From NCBI RefSeq assembly GCF_009914755.1, contig NC_060940.1: a DNA stretch of 64,000 bases. One strand, written 5' to 3'. A program made the translations under genes and the position numbers. How positions within the stretch are numbered: the stretch's first letter is position 1; each line of letters starts with the position of its first letter. The stretch is from the human T2T-CHM13v2.0 reference genome, Homo sapiens. The notes beneath the pieces are model-generated. The model was given only the letters and a program-made list of their open reading frames with translations. It was not told the DNA's origin and made no database searches. Positions 1 to 14,169 of the stretch are shown piece after piece.

Positions 1-86
1 GCCAGGAAAGGGGCTGGGGTGTGCTTAAGTGAGGGGAATGCGCTGAGTGAAAAGGCTTAGGAGTCAGGGAACATTGCCCTGAGGCA

Positions 87-155
87 TTGGGCAAGTCACT
101 TAATCTAAGTCTCAGTTTCATCACCTCCCAAATGGCTACAGTCATAGCAATAACA
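87..155 (+). mobile_element. MIR SINE fragment
   Basis: MIR core ttgggcaagtcacttaa...tctcagtttc. Confidence 0.7.
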
Positions 156-156
156 G

Positions 157-473
157 GGCCAGGCACAGTGGCTCGTGCCTGTAATCTCAGTACTTTGGGA
201 TGCCAAGGTGGAAGGAGCACTTAAGCCAGGCATTCAAGACCATCCTGGGCAACGTAGCAGTACCCTGTCTCTATGAAAAACAAACAAACAAAAAAAATAG
301 CTGGGCATGGAGGTTCACACTTGTAGTCCCAGCTACTCAGGAGGCTGAGGTGGGAGGATTACTTGAGCCCAGGAGTCCAAGGCTGCAGTGAGCTACGATC
401 ACACCACTGCACTACAGCTGTATAATCACCACTGTAGCCTGGGCAACAGAGTAAGACCCTGCATGTAAAAAAA
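157..473 (+). mobile_element. AluJ SINE
   Basis: Dimeric Alu with J-type right arm (gggaggattacttgagcccaggagtccaaggctgcag) and a short internal insertion near 418-437. Confidence 0.9.
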
Positions 474-554
474 CTATTTTAAACAATAATAGTTGTAATA
501 TTTTTCTAATGGCGATTATTTTTTCAATAATAATTATTCTAGTAATAAAAATAA

Positions 555-755
555 TGTGCCAAACACTTTACATGTAATCTCAGTTACTCTTCACAACTGC
601 CCTTTGAGATGGTACCTCTTATGATCTGTACTTTATGGATGAGAAAAGCTGAGGCTCAGAGAAGCTAAGTAACTTGCCAAGTTTACATACCTGGCAAGAG
701 TCAGGCAGAATTTGAACCCAGGTCTGGACGATTCCAGGGTGCCTGATCTTCACCA
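555..755 (-). mobile_element. MIR SINE
   Basis: Antisense MIR core gatgagaaaagctgaggctcagagaagctaagtaacttgccaag. Confidence 0.8.
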
Positions 756-1065
756 CTGTTTTGGCCTGCTATAACAAAATATCATAAACTGGGTGGCTTG
801 TAAATAGTAGAGATTTATTTCCCACAGTTCTGGAGGCTGTAGAGTCCAAGGTCATGGTGCTACAGGATAGAGGGTCCTAAACATGGTAGAAGGGCAAATA
901 AGCTCCCTTGGGCCTCTTTTTTGAAAGGGCATTAATTCCATTCATGTGGGCCCCATCCTCATGATGTAATTATTTCCTAAAGGCACCAACTCTTAATACT
1001 ATTGCATTGGGAATCAGGCTTCAGCATCTGTATTTTAGGGAGACAAAAACACTCAGACCACAGCA
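756..1065 (-). mobile_element. MaLR LTR (MLT1A-like)
   Basis: ctgctataacaaaatatcataaactgggtggctt...ttctggaggctg...actcagaccacagca matches antisense MLT1A. Confidence 0.8.
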
Positions 1066-1272
1066 ACCAGCCTGCCTGTCTTACAGGGAGATACCCGTCT
1101 CAAAGGAAAACAAGAAGCTACAAAAGCATTCCCTAGTCCTTGGCACAGGAAAAAATCTTTGACTCCCTCCAAAGAAAACTTTAAAACCCATATTCTTTAT
1201 TTTGTCTATTTTTCACCCAGACTATCTTCTCAAACCTAAAAATCCTAGGCTTATATTGAAAACTTCAGGTCC

Positions 1273-1862
1273 CCATTGTGGAAAAGAGTGTGGCAATTCC
1301 TCAAAGATCTAGAACCAGAATTACCATTTGACCCAGCAATCCCCTTGCTGGATATATACACAAAGGAATATAAATCATTCTGTTACAAAGATACATGTAC
1401 ATGTATGTTCGTGGCAGCAGTATTCACAATAGCGAAGACATGGAATCCACCCAAATGCCCATCAATGATAGACTGGATAAAGAAAGCATGGTACATATAC
1501 ACCATGGAATACTAGGCAGCCATAAAAAGGAATGAGATGATGTCCTTTGCAGGGACATAGATGGAGCTGGAAGCCATTATCCTCAGCAAACTAACACAGA
1601 AACAGAAAACCAAGCGCCCCATGTTCTCACTTATAAGTGGGAACTGAACAATAAGAACACTTGGACACAGGGAGGGGAAAAACACACTGGGGCCTGTCGG
1701 GGATGGGGTCGGGTTAGGGAGAGCATTAGGAAAAATAGCTAGTGCATGCTGGGCTGAATACCAGGTGATGGGTTAATAGGTGCAGCAAACCACCATGGCA
1801 TGCGTTTACCTATGTAACAAACCTGCACATCCTGCACATGTACCCCAGAACTTAAAAATAAC
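1273..1862 (+). mobile_element. L1PA 3' end (ORF2 C-terminal remnant plus 3'UTR)
   Basis: ORF 1276-1515 (..[33 protein letters not shown]) matches the L1 ORF2 C-terminus; 3'UTR ends taccccagaacttaaaa. Confidence 0.95.
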
Positions 1863-2304
1863 TTTTTTTTGTAAAGAAAACTCCAGGTTCCTTGCAATGC
1901 TTCTAGCTACCTGGAACAAGGGAAAGAGGACACATGCACATCTACACATTTTGGATAAAGTTGACTAAGGAGAAGACTGAGAATTGACCACGTCTTTGGT
2001 CAATGAAAGAACCCAAGAAGCTTACACACTTGTGCCTCATTTGAGAATCCTGGGCACGTTAGGAGAGCGGCAGGTGGGCAGAACATGGGCAACAGATGTG
2101 GGACTCGGGGAAAAGCATATGGCTGAACTTGAGGGAGCAGGAACCCACTTTCTACACACAACCTTGGGATTGGCTGACTCCAGCAGGATCTGGTGCCTGC
2201 GTCTGGGCACAAGCACCAGAGACCCACAAAGGAATGGTTAATTCTAGTCTCTGCTTTTGAAATTCTAAAGTGCTGTGCCAGAAAATGTTTTATTTCTTGA
2301 GCTA

Positions 2305-2413
2305 GATAATTGTTCCATGGGTGTGTTCTGTTTGTGAAAATTCATTGAGCTGCTTACTTATGTGAATGTACTTTTCTGTTTGTACAGTATACTTCAGAAA
2401 AGAGTTTTTAAAT
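2305..2413 (+). mobile_element. old L1M 3' terminus
   Basis: tttgtgaaaattcattgagctg...tatacttcag-A-rich end. Confidence 0.55.
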
Positions 2414-3216
2414 GAAAGAAAAATGCCTCTGATGAAAAACAGAAAGTGCTTGGGAAAGCCCAAACTGCTACTCAGGTTAACTGTTTTGATGTTGTTAGCA
2501 TGTTTTAAGCCCCTCCTCACCCTTATCCAGCAAGTCTGTTCCTCATCTTAAAACAAATGGGCACTCAGCTTGCTGAATATTGGCTTGCTTTTGTCTCCAC
2601 ATCTGTGCAGGAGAGTTCCCCCAAAACCACCTCTGGAAGAGTTCATGAGCATCTTACAGGCAAGACTTTATTACTCTGTATTCTCCAAAGGCCTTTACAT
2701 GACAAAGATGTTCTCTTCCCTCATCACTTTCGCTCCTTGAAGATGGAGACGATGACATGGTTTAAGCAACTGGATGGAGTTCCTCATTCTGGCAATCACA
2801 AGATTCATTGCCAAAAATGCTGAATGCTCAGAGCATTGAGCTTCCTCCAACCCACTCCTCATCCCAAGCATCTTCTCCATATTCTCTGCCTTTGACTTGA
2901 CTTCTAAGTCCAGTTTGCTAATTCCATTTGGATCTGCTAATTCTTCTTTCCATTGTTCCCCACCTCCTCCAACTTCAAATCACTCTCTCCTCCAGTGGTT
3001 CCCATCACAATTAGCCTTCAACCAGTTGTCCAAGGCAAAACCTCAGAATCTCCCTAGATTCTGCCCTCTCCCTTACATGTAATATTTAGGTCCTGAACCC
3101 ATCTGCTTCTCCTTACCTCCACAGGCATCACTGCGATCCAGGCCACCTCTATGATTACCATAGCTCCCAACTTACCCTCCTTTCAAACTACCCTATATCC
3201 AACAGCTAGGATAAGC

Positions 3217-3219
<3 letters not shown>

Positions 3220-3255
<36 letters not shown>

Positions 3256-3584
3256 CTTTAAGTTCTGGGATACAAGTGCAGAACGTGCAGGTCTGTTACG
3301 TAGGTATACATGTGCCATGGTGGTTTGCTGCACCTATCAACCCATCATCTAGGTCTTAAGCCCCGCATGCATTAGGTAATTGTCCTAATGCTCTCCCTCC
3401 CCTTCCCCCACAAACCCCCGACAAGCCCCGGTGTGTGATGTTCCCCTTCCTGTGTCCATGTGTTCTCATTGTTCAACTCCCACTTATGAGTGAGAACATG
3501 TGGTGTTTGGTTTTCTGTTCCTGGGTTAGTTTGCTGAGAATGATGGTTTCCAGCTTCATCCATGTCCCTGCAAAGGACATGAAC
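3220..3584 (-). mobile_element. L1PA7/8-like 3' end with (TTA)n tail
   Basis: (tta)n-tactttaagttctgggatac...catgtccctgcaaaggacatgaac; inserted into an L2. Confidence 0.95.
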
Positions 3585-4125
3585 CAGAATGAGCCTTTTA
3601 AAATGTAAATCTGATGAAAGAAGTTCCCTGCTCTGATCCTACAATGGCCTTCCCATCTCACTTACGTGTGATCACCCTTGCAAGACCTAGACAGGTTGAT
3701 ATCTGCTTAACCACCTCCAGACCAGCCTCTCACTCAGCCCCAATAGCAGAGGCGAATTTCCATTTCTTGATCACACTCAACTCATGACTCACGTCCAATA
3801 TACATATACCTTTTGCACATGCTGTTCCCTTGCCTGCAACACTTTACCCTTGGCTTTTCCATAGCTGGTGACTTTTCATGTTTCAGGTCTCAAAGAAAGG
3901 TGACCTCCTCAGAGAAGCCTTCCTTGACCACCCATCTAAATTGCTGTCCAATTATTCTTCATTGCATCTTCTCGTCTTATCTCCCTCATAGCACTTAATC
4001 AGAAGCTGGTATTTTTTATTTGCTTACTGTACTATCTGTCTTTTGCCCAAATAGTAAGGACCATGACACCAGAGGCCCTATCTTATTCAATGCTGAGCCC
4101 CTGGTGTGTGGCATGCAGTCAGGGC
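3585..4125 (+). mobile_element. L2 LINE 3' region
   Basis: tttgcacatgctgttccc..., cctcctcagagaagccttccttgacc; terminal tgttgaatgaat resumes after the Alu at about 4421. Confidence 0.75.
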
Positions 4126-4414
4126 TTTTTTTTTTTTTTTTTTTTTGAGACAGAGTCTTGCTCTGTCTCCCAGGCTGGTGTAATCTCGGCTCACTGCAAC
4201 CTCCGCCTCCTGGGTTCAAGCAGTTTTCCTGCCTCAGCCGAGTAGCTGGGACTACAGGCGCACGCCGCCATGACTGGCTAAATTTTTTTGTACTTTAGTC
4301 GAGATGGGGTTTCACCATGTTGCCCAGGCTGGTCTCCAACTCCTCAGCTCAGGCAATCTGCCTGCCTCAGCCTCTCAAAGTGCTAGGATTACAGGCGTGA
4401 GCCACCGCGCCCAG
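4126..4414 (-). mobile_element. Alu (S/Jb-like) with a right-arm deletion
   Basis: Poly-T followed by antisense Alu dimer. Confidence 0.9.
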
Positions 4415-4785
4415 CAGGACTTGTTGAATGAATACACCTGGCATTCTCCCCAGCGTCACTCACCCAGACTGCCTGCAAGAGACATACCTGGCCCTGACCC
4501 ACCCCCTTCCTGCCATCCCAATTAAAGAAGGGAAATTGGACATGAAATAATGACTCCTGATTCTTCCCGGGCTGCTTTGGCTTCCTTAACCTCACTCCTC
4601 GCACTCAAATTTCCAAAACCAACAGAAAGAGCAAGGTCCTTCTGGACTCAGGCCTGCGTTACTCTTTTCCAAGTATTTGTGGTCATCTAGGCTCATCCCA
4701 CATTTCCTATTACACTGGAAACCAAGAGGTAGCCAAATAATATGGTAAATCAAAGAGTCTGGGCTCGGGAGTTAAAAGCACCTAA

Positions 4786-5130
<345 letters not shown>

Positions 5131-5746
5131 TAGTTATTTGTTCTTATACTAATCCTTATCAGCCTCCATTTCTCCTTCTGGAAAATAACAAGAATTCTGT
5201 CTCCCTCAAGACAGAGTCTGTGGCATTGTGGAATTATTTAGGGGTCAACCATTTCAACGAATGCTACATGAAATCTATCTAGAGAGTGGCACAAAGAACT
5301 CAATAAATGCTTTTGTAATTAATTCTAATTTCTCCCAGAAGCTGGCATGTCTCAGCTTACATTTTCCTTCCTCTGAGAAGATTCGTTTAACTCCACCACC
5401 CTCTAAGTCTGGGTTAGATGCTTCTCCTAAGTATAGATCTGGAACCCTGTACTCAGTGGGTTCTGTGGATCCCCACTGCATTACAAGTAAAGCTAAGTCC
5501 CTACACCAGCCTATGAGATGCCACGTAACAGAGTCCCCATCCTGCCTCTGGCCCTGCCCTCGCCACTCTCCCCATCACTCCCTCTGCTGCAGCCACATTG
5601 GCCTCATGCGGTTCCTCAAACTTCCCAGACTCTCACCCACTATTCCCTCTTCTTAGAGCATGCTCCCCCGGCTATTTACCCAGTTCCCTCCCTCATCCCC
5701 TCAGGACCCTCATCAAATAGCTCCTCAGTGAGGCTTTCCTTGGCCA

Positions 5747-6505
5747 GTGGAAGGCTGAATAATGGCTCCCCAAAGACGTCCACATCCTAATCCCCAGAAT
5801 CTGTGACCATGTTACCTTTACATGGCAAAAGGAACTTTGCAGCTGTGATTAACAAGGATCTTTAAATGAGGAGTTTGTTCTAGATTATCCAGGTGGTTTC
5901 AATGGAATCACAAGAGTCCTTTTACGAGGGAAGCAGGAAGGACAGAGTCAGAGAGAGAGCGAGTGATTGGAAGATGCTAAGATGCTGGCTTTGAAGTGGA
6001 GGATGAGGCTATGAGCCAAGGAATGTGGATGGCCTTCAGAAGCTAGAAAAGCCAAGAAAACAGATTCTCCCCTACAGCCTCCAGAAGGAACGCAGGCCTG
6101 CTGACCTCTTTCAATTTTTTTTTTTTTTTGAGGTGGAATCTTGCTCTGTTGCCCAGGCTGGAGCACAGTGGCATGATCTCGGCTCACTGCAACTTCGGCC
6201 TCCCAGGTTCAAGTGATTCTTCTGCCTCAGTCTCCTGAGTAGCTGGGATTACAGGTACTCGCCACCATGCCCGGTTACTTTTTGTATTTTTAGTAGAAAC
6301 GGAGTTTCACCCTGTTGGCCAGGCTGGTCTCGAACTCCTGACCTCAAGTGATCTGCCTGCCTCGGCCTCCCAAAGTGCTGGGATTACAGGCGTGAGGCAC
6401 CACACACGGCTCAAATTTTTGACTTCCAGAACTATAATGTAATATATTTGTGTTATCTTAAGCCACTAAATTTGTGGTAATTCATTACAGCAGTGATAGA
6501 AAAAA
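5747..6505 (+). mobile_element. MaLR LTR (MLT1D/C-like), interrupted by an Alu
   Basis: aataatggctccccaaagacgtccacatcctaatccccag...aagccactaaatttgtggtaattcattacagcag. Confidence 0.85.
6115..6411 (-). mobile_element. AluS (Sx/Sz)
   Basis: Antisense Alu dimer with poly-T. Confidence 0.95.
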
Positions 6506-7764
6506 AGTTCAGCCACCAAATCTAAAATTATATTCTCCACCAATTGTGCACATGTGTATGTATTTGCATAAAACACACATGCATGTGCACTCACACAAAA
6601 CACACACAGACACTCCTTATCCCTCTGTCTTGATTTAGTTTTCTTCATTCATCTGACCACCAAAATAAATAAGAAAAATAGGGCACATGTCTCCCACACG
6701 TACATACACACATACACACAGAGAAATGAGATTTCCACGAAGACATTGATTTGTGGCTATGTCTTGTGTCTCTTTTTGTCACTGTTGAGTTCCTTGCACC
6801 TAGAAACTGGCCTGGCATTATTGAGTGAATAGAGACTCATTAAGTTTTGACTGCATGCTTTATCTTAGAACATAGACATACATTCTGTTATTATTTGTAC
6901 AAAATCTCTCCACCTGTCAACTCTTAGCCCTTGAGGTCAGGGACCCATCTCTCTTCCTCACTGCTGTATCATTCCATCATTAGCACAGCACCCTATCCTC
7001 CCACAAGAGCCCCACGAACATGTGCTAAGCCATTGGGCCAACGCTACCACATTCCACACATCTGAGCCCCAGAGTTGTCAGAATTCCAACCCATCAAGAG
7101 ACCTCGCATTTTATTTGATTGCAAATATGTCTAATTCCCGGTTCACTCGAGCAGCAAGAAAAAAAAAAGCCACTCGAGTCTGTAATTTACAAAGCAAATC
7201 TGCCCAGCAGAAATATTCATCTTCAGAAGACAGTGGGATTCAATCATTTTTTAAAAGGGGAAAAGAAAGAAACTTAACCTGTTTCTCCCATGTTCCAGTT
7301 GCATCGTTTGCAAAACTTTTGAAAGCCCTTTGAGGCCAGGGCTAATCATTTTGCTTCCAGGGGCTCATTTCCTGAGGTGGGTGGTACCTTTGTCACCAAG
7401 GAAGGAACGCAGCAGGCAGGAAAACTGAGATTGTGGCAGAAGTCATTCTTGGGGAAAGGATGTATGAAGATCTAGTCAATTCCACCCGGCTTGCTAATTA
7501 GAGTTTCAGAAATACAGAGATGCTGTGTCCCTTTGAAATCCTTAGAATAGTTGGATGAACAAGCCTGTCCCCTAAGGGAATGTGCAAGGACGTATTTAAA
7601 TTACGTTATTTTTACTTTAAATAACCAAGTCGAAAGAGTTGGTGACTGGAAGTTAAATTAGGCAGGTCTAGGGATAATGAGTATGTATTAGACGCCCCTC
7701 CTTTTCCATTTCCTCTCTCATGGATCCATCTCATCCTTGTCTATTTCCTGCCCAATCTGTGGGC

Positions 7765-7935
7765 CTCTAAAGGATAAGGACCATGTGCTATTTGTCTTTG
7801 CAGTTCTGGCAGTCATTATAGTCCCATGATAGTGCCTGACACATGCTAGACACTGTGTTGAATTCTTAAATAGATGCCCAGATGAATGAATGAGCGGATG
7901 ACTGAATGAACAGATGGATAGATGGATGGATGAGT
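7765..7935 (+). mobile_element. L2 3' end with (TGAA/TGGA)n tail
   Basis: agtgcctgacacat...gatgaatgaatga. Confidence 0.65.
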
Positions 7936-8618
7936 GTTTGAAACTGGAAATGAGTATGCCTGTACCAAATGCCTGTGTCCCAACTTGCTTGATAACCATC
8001 CAGGATGTTTGTTTTATCTACAGCTTCTCAGGCCCCTCCTCAAGTGGTTCTGATTCAGCCTATCTCAAAGTTAACCTGGGAATATGTTCTTGAACATTTT
8101 CCCCATGTAGCTCCGATCATCAGGCATGCTTGGGAAACACATGCCATCTCCATCTGTTTCATGCTTCCTTACCTGAAATGTCCTTATGTTTTATTCACCA
8201 CCCCAGGGTAATCTTCAGCAGGTGAAGTTTCTCACATTCAAAATGGGAATCAGGGCCTCTTCATGTCTAGCTACTTCCTACTCCCTCTCCACTGCCATTC
8301 ACCCCTTCCAAATGCAGTCTTATTTTTCTATTCTCACTCTCTTCCCCAGAGCTTTCAAAGATTTCTAACATAAGACCGAGATAGCAGAGCCCCCAGGGTC
8401 AGCATTCTGCCTGACAGCCGTGCAGCAACACGGACTGGATTCCCTGGAAGGTTTTGCGTCTAAAAGCAGGGCCTCGTGGCTCTCAGGATTCCCTTGCATG
8501 CAGCACCCATCCTTCCTGCCCATCCACTGAGTATACCAACCTAGGAAATGGAGGAGATCGAAGTGTGTGTTTACTGTGTCTCATGATGCATGTTCCATGA
8601 GATGGAAGATGGTCTGGG

Positions 8619-8787
8619 CAGCGATTTTCAACCTTTATGAACCAAGCAGGCTCCCGGGCTCCACTCTTCTCAAGATGATAGGGCGGTATCTTGTTTTTCT
8701 AGGTTTCATAGTTAGACCTCCCTCTGCAACATTTGATTTTTTTTTTTAAAAAAGGGTGCCAAGGATCAAAAAGGCTGAAAACTGCTA
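8619..8787. mobile_element. hAT-Charlie-like MITE (family unassigned)
   Basis: Imperfect terminal inverted repeats cagcgattttcaacctt / aaggctgaaaactgct. Confidence 0.5.
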
Positions 8788-8959
8788 GTCTAAAGCATCA
8801 TTTTTGAGCCAGTGGGCCATATTTCGACCTTTCTTTCTCAAGGTGCCATTAGAACAAGAAGGAATTGCCTTTTAGGACAGTGAACTAAGTACTGGAGTTC
8901 CTGTTTACACAGAGGTGATTGAACAACCTTAATAATTCTTGCGTTAATAATCTATTGCT

Positions 8960-9278
8960 GGCCGGGCGTGGAAGATCATGCCTGTTATCCCAGAATTTTG
9001 GGAGGCTGAGGTGGGTGGATCGCCTGACCTCAGTAGTTTGAGATCAGCCTGGGCAACATGGCGAAACCCCGTCTCTACCAAAAACAGTAAAAATAAAAAA
9101 TAAAAAAAAATTAGCCGGATATGGTAGTGCTCACCTGTGGTCCCAGCTACTCGGGAGGCTGAGGTGGGAGGATTGCTTGAGCTGGGGAGGTGGAGACTGC
9201 AATGAGCCCAGATTGCACTACTGTACTCCACCGTGGGTGACTGAATGAGACCCCATCTCAAAAAAATAAAAACAAAAA
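8960..9278 (+). mobile_element. AluJb
   Basis: Alu dimer; TSD aatctattgctg at 8949-8960 and 9279-9290. Confidence 0.93.
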
Positions 9279-9595
9279 AATCTATTGCTGCATAACAAAT
9301 TACCCCAAAAGTTAATACCTACAAACATCAATGTTTATTATCTCACAGTTTCCACAAGTGAGGCACGGATTTGCTGGGTCCTTTCACAGTTTCCAACAAG
9401 GCGGTAGCCAAGGTATCTGCCGAGGTTGCAGGCTCAACTGGGAAGAACTCACTTCCTGGATCACTCTTGTGGCCGTCGGCAGGAATTAGTTTCTTTGGGG
9501 TTACGGGACTGAGGGCCTCAGATCTTCTCTCGCTGTTGGCCAGAGGCTGCCCTCGGTTCCTTGACACGCACATCTCTCCACTGAGCAGCTCATGA

Positions 9596-10174
<579 letters not shown>

Positions 10175-10616
10175 TGATGTGGTCAGCCACACCTGGGTTC
10201 AAATCTTGGCCCTGCTACTTACTAGTACCACTACTGTTCATAATAACAATAACCATTCCTGCTATTCCTTGTTAAGTACTGTGCACATCTTCACAAGTGT
10301 CATTTCATTTGACCCCCCCAAAGCATCCCCTTGAGAAAGTCCTTTGACTATCCCCAGAGCATGAATAAGGAAACTAAAGATTAGGGGAATTCAGCAACTC
10401 ACCAGACATCTCAGAGCTACCTCTGTAAGCAGAAAAGGCCAGATTCCAGCCACAACGCCTCTGGTTCTGTGAGTCTGAAGCTATACTCTGACCACTGGTG
10501 TAATTCCTTTGACCTCCACCAACCGTGAAACAGAGATGCTAACACTGGTCTTCAAGGGCTAGTGCAGAGGATGAGGTAAGTGAATAAAATAGTGGCCCAT
10601 AGTCAGAAATCAGTAA

Positions 10617-11001
<385 letters not shown>

Positions 11002-11160
11002 GATCCTGACTTTTCTCATACAGTTTTGTTCAGTTTCCACGCCGACCCCATGATGTAGCTGGAGTTAAGTGCTTACATTGACTTATTCAAGCCAGGCTCT
11101 GTTTGAGTGCTTTGTAAAATTTCACTCATTGAGCCCTCAAAATGACCTTAGGAAGCAGGT

Positions 11161-11591
11161 GCTTGGAGCAGATGCCACAGGTGGCCTCACCCGTGTCACT
11201 GCAGGGCACACAGGTTCAACTTCCAGTCTCCAGCACCTGCGTTTCTTTGCCAGGGCTCTCTCGGGCTGGTGAAACTTGCTTTATCCTCATGTGACAAGCT
11301 GTGCCACCCCTGCTCCGGGGACATCCTTCAACAGATGACCAGTGCCCCAGGTCACTCGTCTCTCCTGAAGAACTATGAGTTGTGAGTTACACAATATCTA
11401 CCAGAGCTGCCCAGAGAAATTCCTGCCTGTGTTTCCTCTGTAGGGGCTGGCTTCGTAGCATATCCTTCGTGCCTGCCTTCTCCCTACGTGTCCCTGCTCC
11501 TCTACCCATGTTCTCTGAACCTTCCAAATAAATTACTTGCCCCCAAATCCTTGTCTCAGTGTCTGCTTCTGAAGAAATCCAAATGAAGGCA
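11161..11591 (+). mobile_element. ERVL LTR (LTR16A-like) inserted in an antisense MIR
   Basis: 3' end caaataaattacttgcccccaaatccttgtctcagtgtctgcttctg; MIR halves at about 11060-11160 and 11592-11735. Confidence 0.75.
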
Positions 11592-11749
11592 GTGTTATCA
11601 TCATCATCATCATCCCCATTTTCAAATAAGCAAAGTGTAGCACAGAGAGGTTAATTAACTTACCCAAGGTCACACAGCTGGGAAGCAGTGAAGTCAGAAT
11701 TCAAACTCAGGCAGTCTGACTCTTAACATTATGCATAGTGATTACATTT

Positions 11750-11960
11750 TTAAAAAATTCAACTTTTATTTTAGCCACAGGAGGTACATGTGCAGGTTTT
11801 TTACATGGGTGTATTACACCCGGGTAACAAGCACAGTACTCAATAGGTCGTTTCACAAGCCATGCCCCCTTCCCTCTTTCCCCTCTCTGGTAGTTTTCAG
11901 TGTCTATTGCACCCATGCTTAAGTCCATGTATGCTCAATGTTTATCTCCTACTTATAAGC
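11750..11960 (-). mobile_element. L1PA15/16-like 3' end
   Basis: aacttttatttta...ggtacatgtgcagg...cctacttataag. Confidence 0.8.
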
Positions 11961-13465
11961 ATTTTTCTTTCTGACTGAGCTGGGTAAATGGAGGAGAAGA
12001 GTTACCTTATGGTGCCAAGGAAAAACTGTCTACACCAAAGCTCTGTGTGTAACCAGTGGCCGGGCATGCAAATGGTTCCATGTATTACTGCAAAGACCAG
12101 CACTCTTCTCTAATGAAAATGTCAGCTCCCCAACACAGCCAGCTGTGATTCCATTGAAAAATGTGATTACGGAAGCCATGCTAATGGTGTTAACATGTTG
12201 CAAGGATTTCTGGTGTGCTTGTAAACCTAAAACCGTAATTGCCAAAGAGAACTCGTCTCCCACAAATCAAACCCCTCTGTATTGACAATTACATCCGGTG
12301 TTGCACGGAATTTAATGCCTAAATAATGAAGTCGAAGAACAATGCTGGAGCCTGAGCATTTGAATATATTTGATTGATTCATTTCTCGCTCCCATTTAAT
12401 AACCCACTTAGTCAGTGACGGTTAAGTGCACCAGAGAGAAAACATTTCACAGATTAATAACTAGATGTGGGTACAAGCTGGCGCTCCCCTAATAGCAGCA
12501 CAAAAATAGGTTATCGTCAAAAATCTGGATTTAATGTTCCAAAATGGGGATTTGTGCTTTTCTTTTATATGGTTCCATACTTATTACCACAGGCTAATGA
12601 AACAGAAATCAAAAATCAGGAGCTAATAAATGCAATTCCAGGGGAGTATTTTTTTTTTATTTAATACCTTCCAAGACCGTGATCTTTGTTCAAGATCTTT
12701 AATGCTCAAATTACAATGTGTGAATATTAAGCATATTCGATTATGATTGAACTCTCTGAAAAGCTAATTTATGAACCCTGCAGCCTAACACATTTGTGCC
12801 ATTTAAAAAAGGAATATGACCACAGTTCATTTATACCAATTTCTCCAGTACAGAGATAAACACTCCTAAACTGCCTATATGAATAAAGTTATGAGACTGT
12901 AACTTTATTATAGGCTGGGATGTGTGATTTCTGTGGAGAGATATATAATTAAATGATATTGACTCCGTGTGTAAAGCAACTTTGGCAGAAATTTTGCATT
13001 GGGGAATGTTCTCTTAAGTTCCTTTCTTGCTGTTCTAGTGAAAAAAAAAAAAAAGTGGTCAGACAAGGGACCTTACTCAGGGCAGACTGAAAAAATGGGG
13101 CCTCCTCCCTAGCTGTAATTCTCTTTCTGCAATAATTTCATGACCTCTTGTGGAAAAATATTTTCCCCTAATAAACTCAGTTTTAATACAAGTTTAACAA
13201 ATCCTTATCCCTTTATTTGTTATGAGCTTTACTATCTTTTATTATGTTTACCATGGAATGCCCAAGCCATCAGGTATAATGAGAACTGCTTTGTGTCTTT
13301 CCACGTGTCCAGCCAGCCTGGAAGGACACATCGATGACACTGTGAGGAAGAATAAGGAACACGTTTCTCATGTGCTGTGAAATACTCTGGCCTGGAGAGG
13401 TCCTGGTCCATTCATTCTCTGGGTTATTGACTTTTGCCACAGCCTAATTTAAAAAAAAAATGATT

Positions 13466-13760
13466 GGCCAGGCACGGTGGCTCACGCCTGTAATCCCAGC
13501 ACTTTGGGGGGCCAAGGAGGGTGGATCACTTGAGGTCAGGAGTTTGAGACCAGGCTGGCCAACATAATGAAACCCTATCTCTACTAAAAATACAAAAATT
13601 AGCCGGGCATGGTGGCAGGGACTCGTAATGCCAGCTACTCAGGAGGCTGAGGCAGGAGAATTGTTTGAACCTGGGAGGCAGTTTGCAGTGAGCCGAGATC
13701 GCATCACTGCACTACAGCCTGGGCGACAGAGGGAGATTCTGTCTCAAAAGAAAAAAAAAA
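13466..13760 (+). mobile_element. AluS (Sx/Sz)
   Basis: Alu dimer with A tail. Confidence 0.95.
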
Positions 13761-14072
13761 TTATTGCAAAGTGTATATATGATACCAATTTGGTAAAACT
13801 GAAATGCAAAATTAAAACTCAGGCTCCAGTAAATATTAGGGCAAGACTGGGTAAAATGTAATGCGGAGATTTACTTCTCCAGACCCTACACATTTATTCC
13901 AGTGAAGGCTTTTGACTCAGCCCCCTGGCAGTCAAGATACAAAGGGACACTGCATCCATTATATGGGTTCCCCAGGCAAAGCAGACATTGCCTGGCCCTG
14001 AGCATGTATTGCCACTAAGCTATAAAGTGCAGGTCAGGGACCTAGTAACTACTCTCCCTGCCCCTACTCTGC

Positions 14073-14115
14073 CACACACACACACACCCACCCACCCACA
14101 CACACACACACACAT

Positions 14116-14161
<46 letters not shown>

Positions 14162-14169
14162 ACACACAC
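14073..14169. repeat. (CA)n microsatellite, interrupted
   Basis: Direct inspection. Confidence 0.95.

Noticed and set aside
1276-1515. 79-aa ORF with real protein similarity
   Set aside because: It is the C-terminal remnant of L1 ORF2 in a truncated L1PA, not a host gene
8422-8442. RE1/REST-like cagcaacacggactg
   Set aside because: Mismatches in both core half-sites (CAGCACC, GGACAG)
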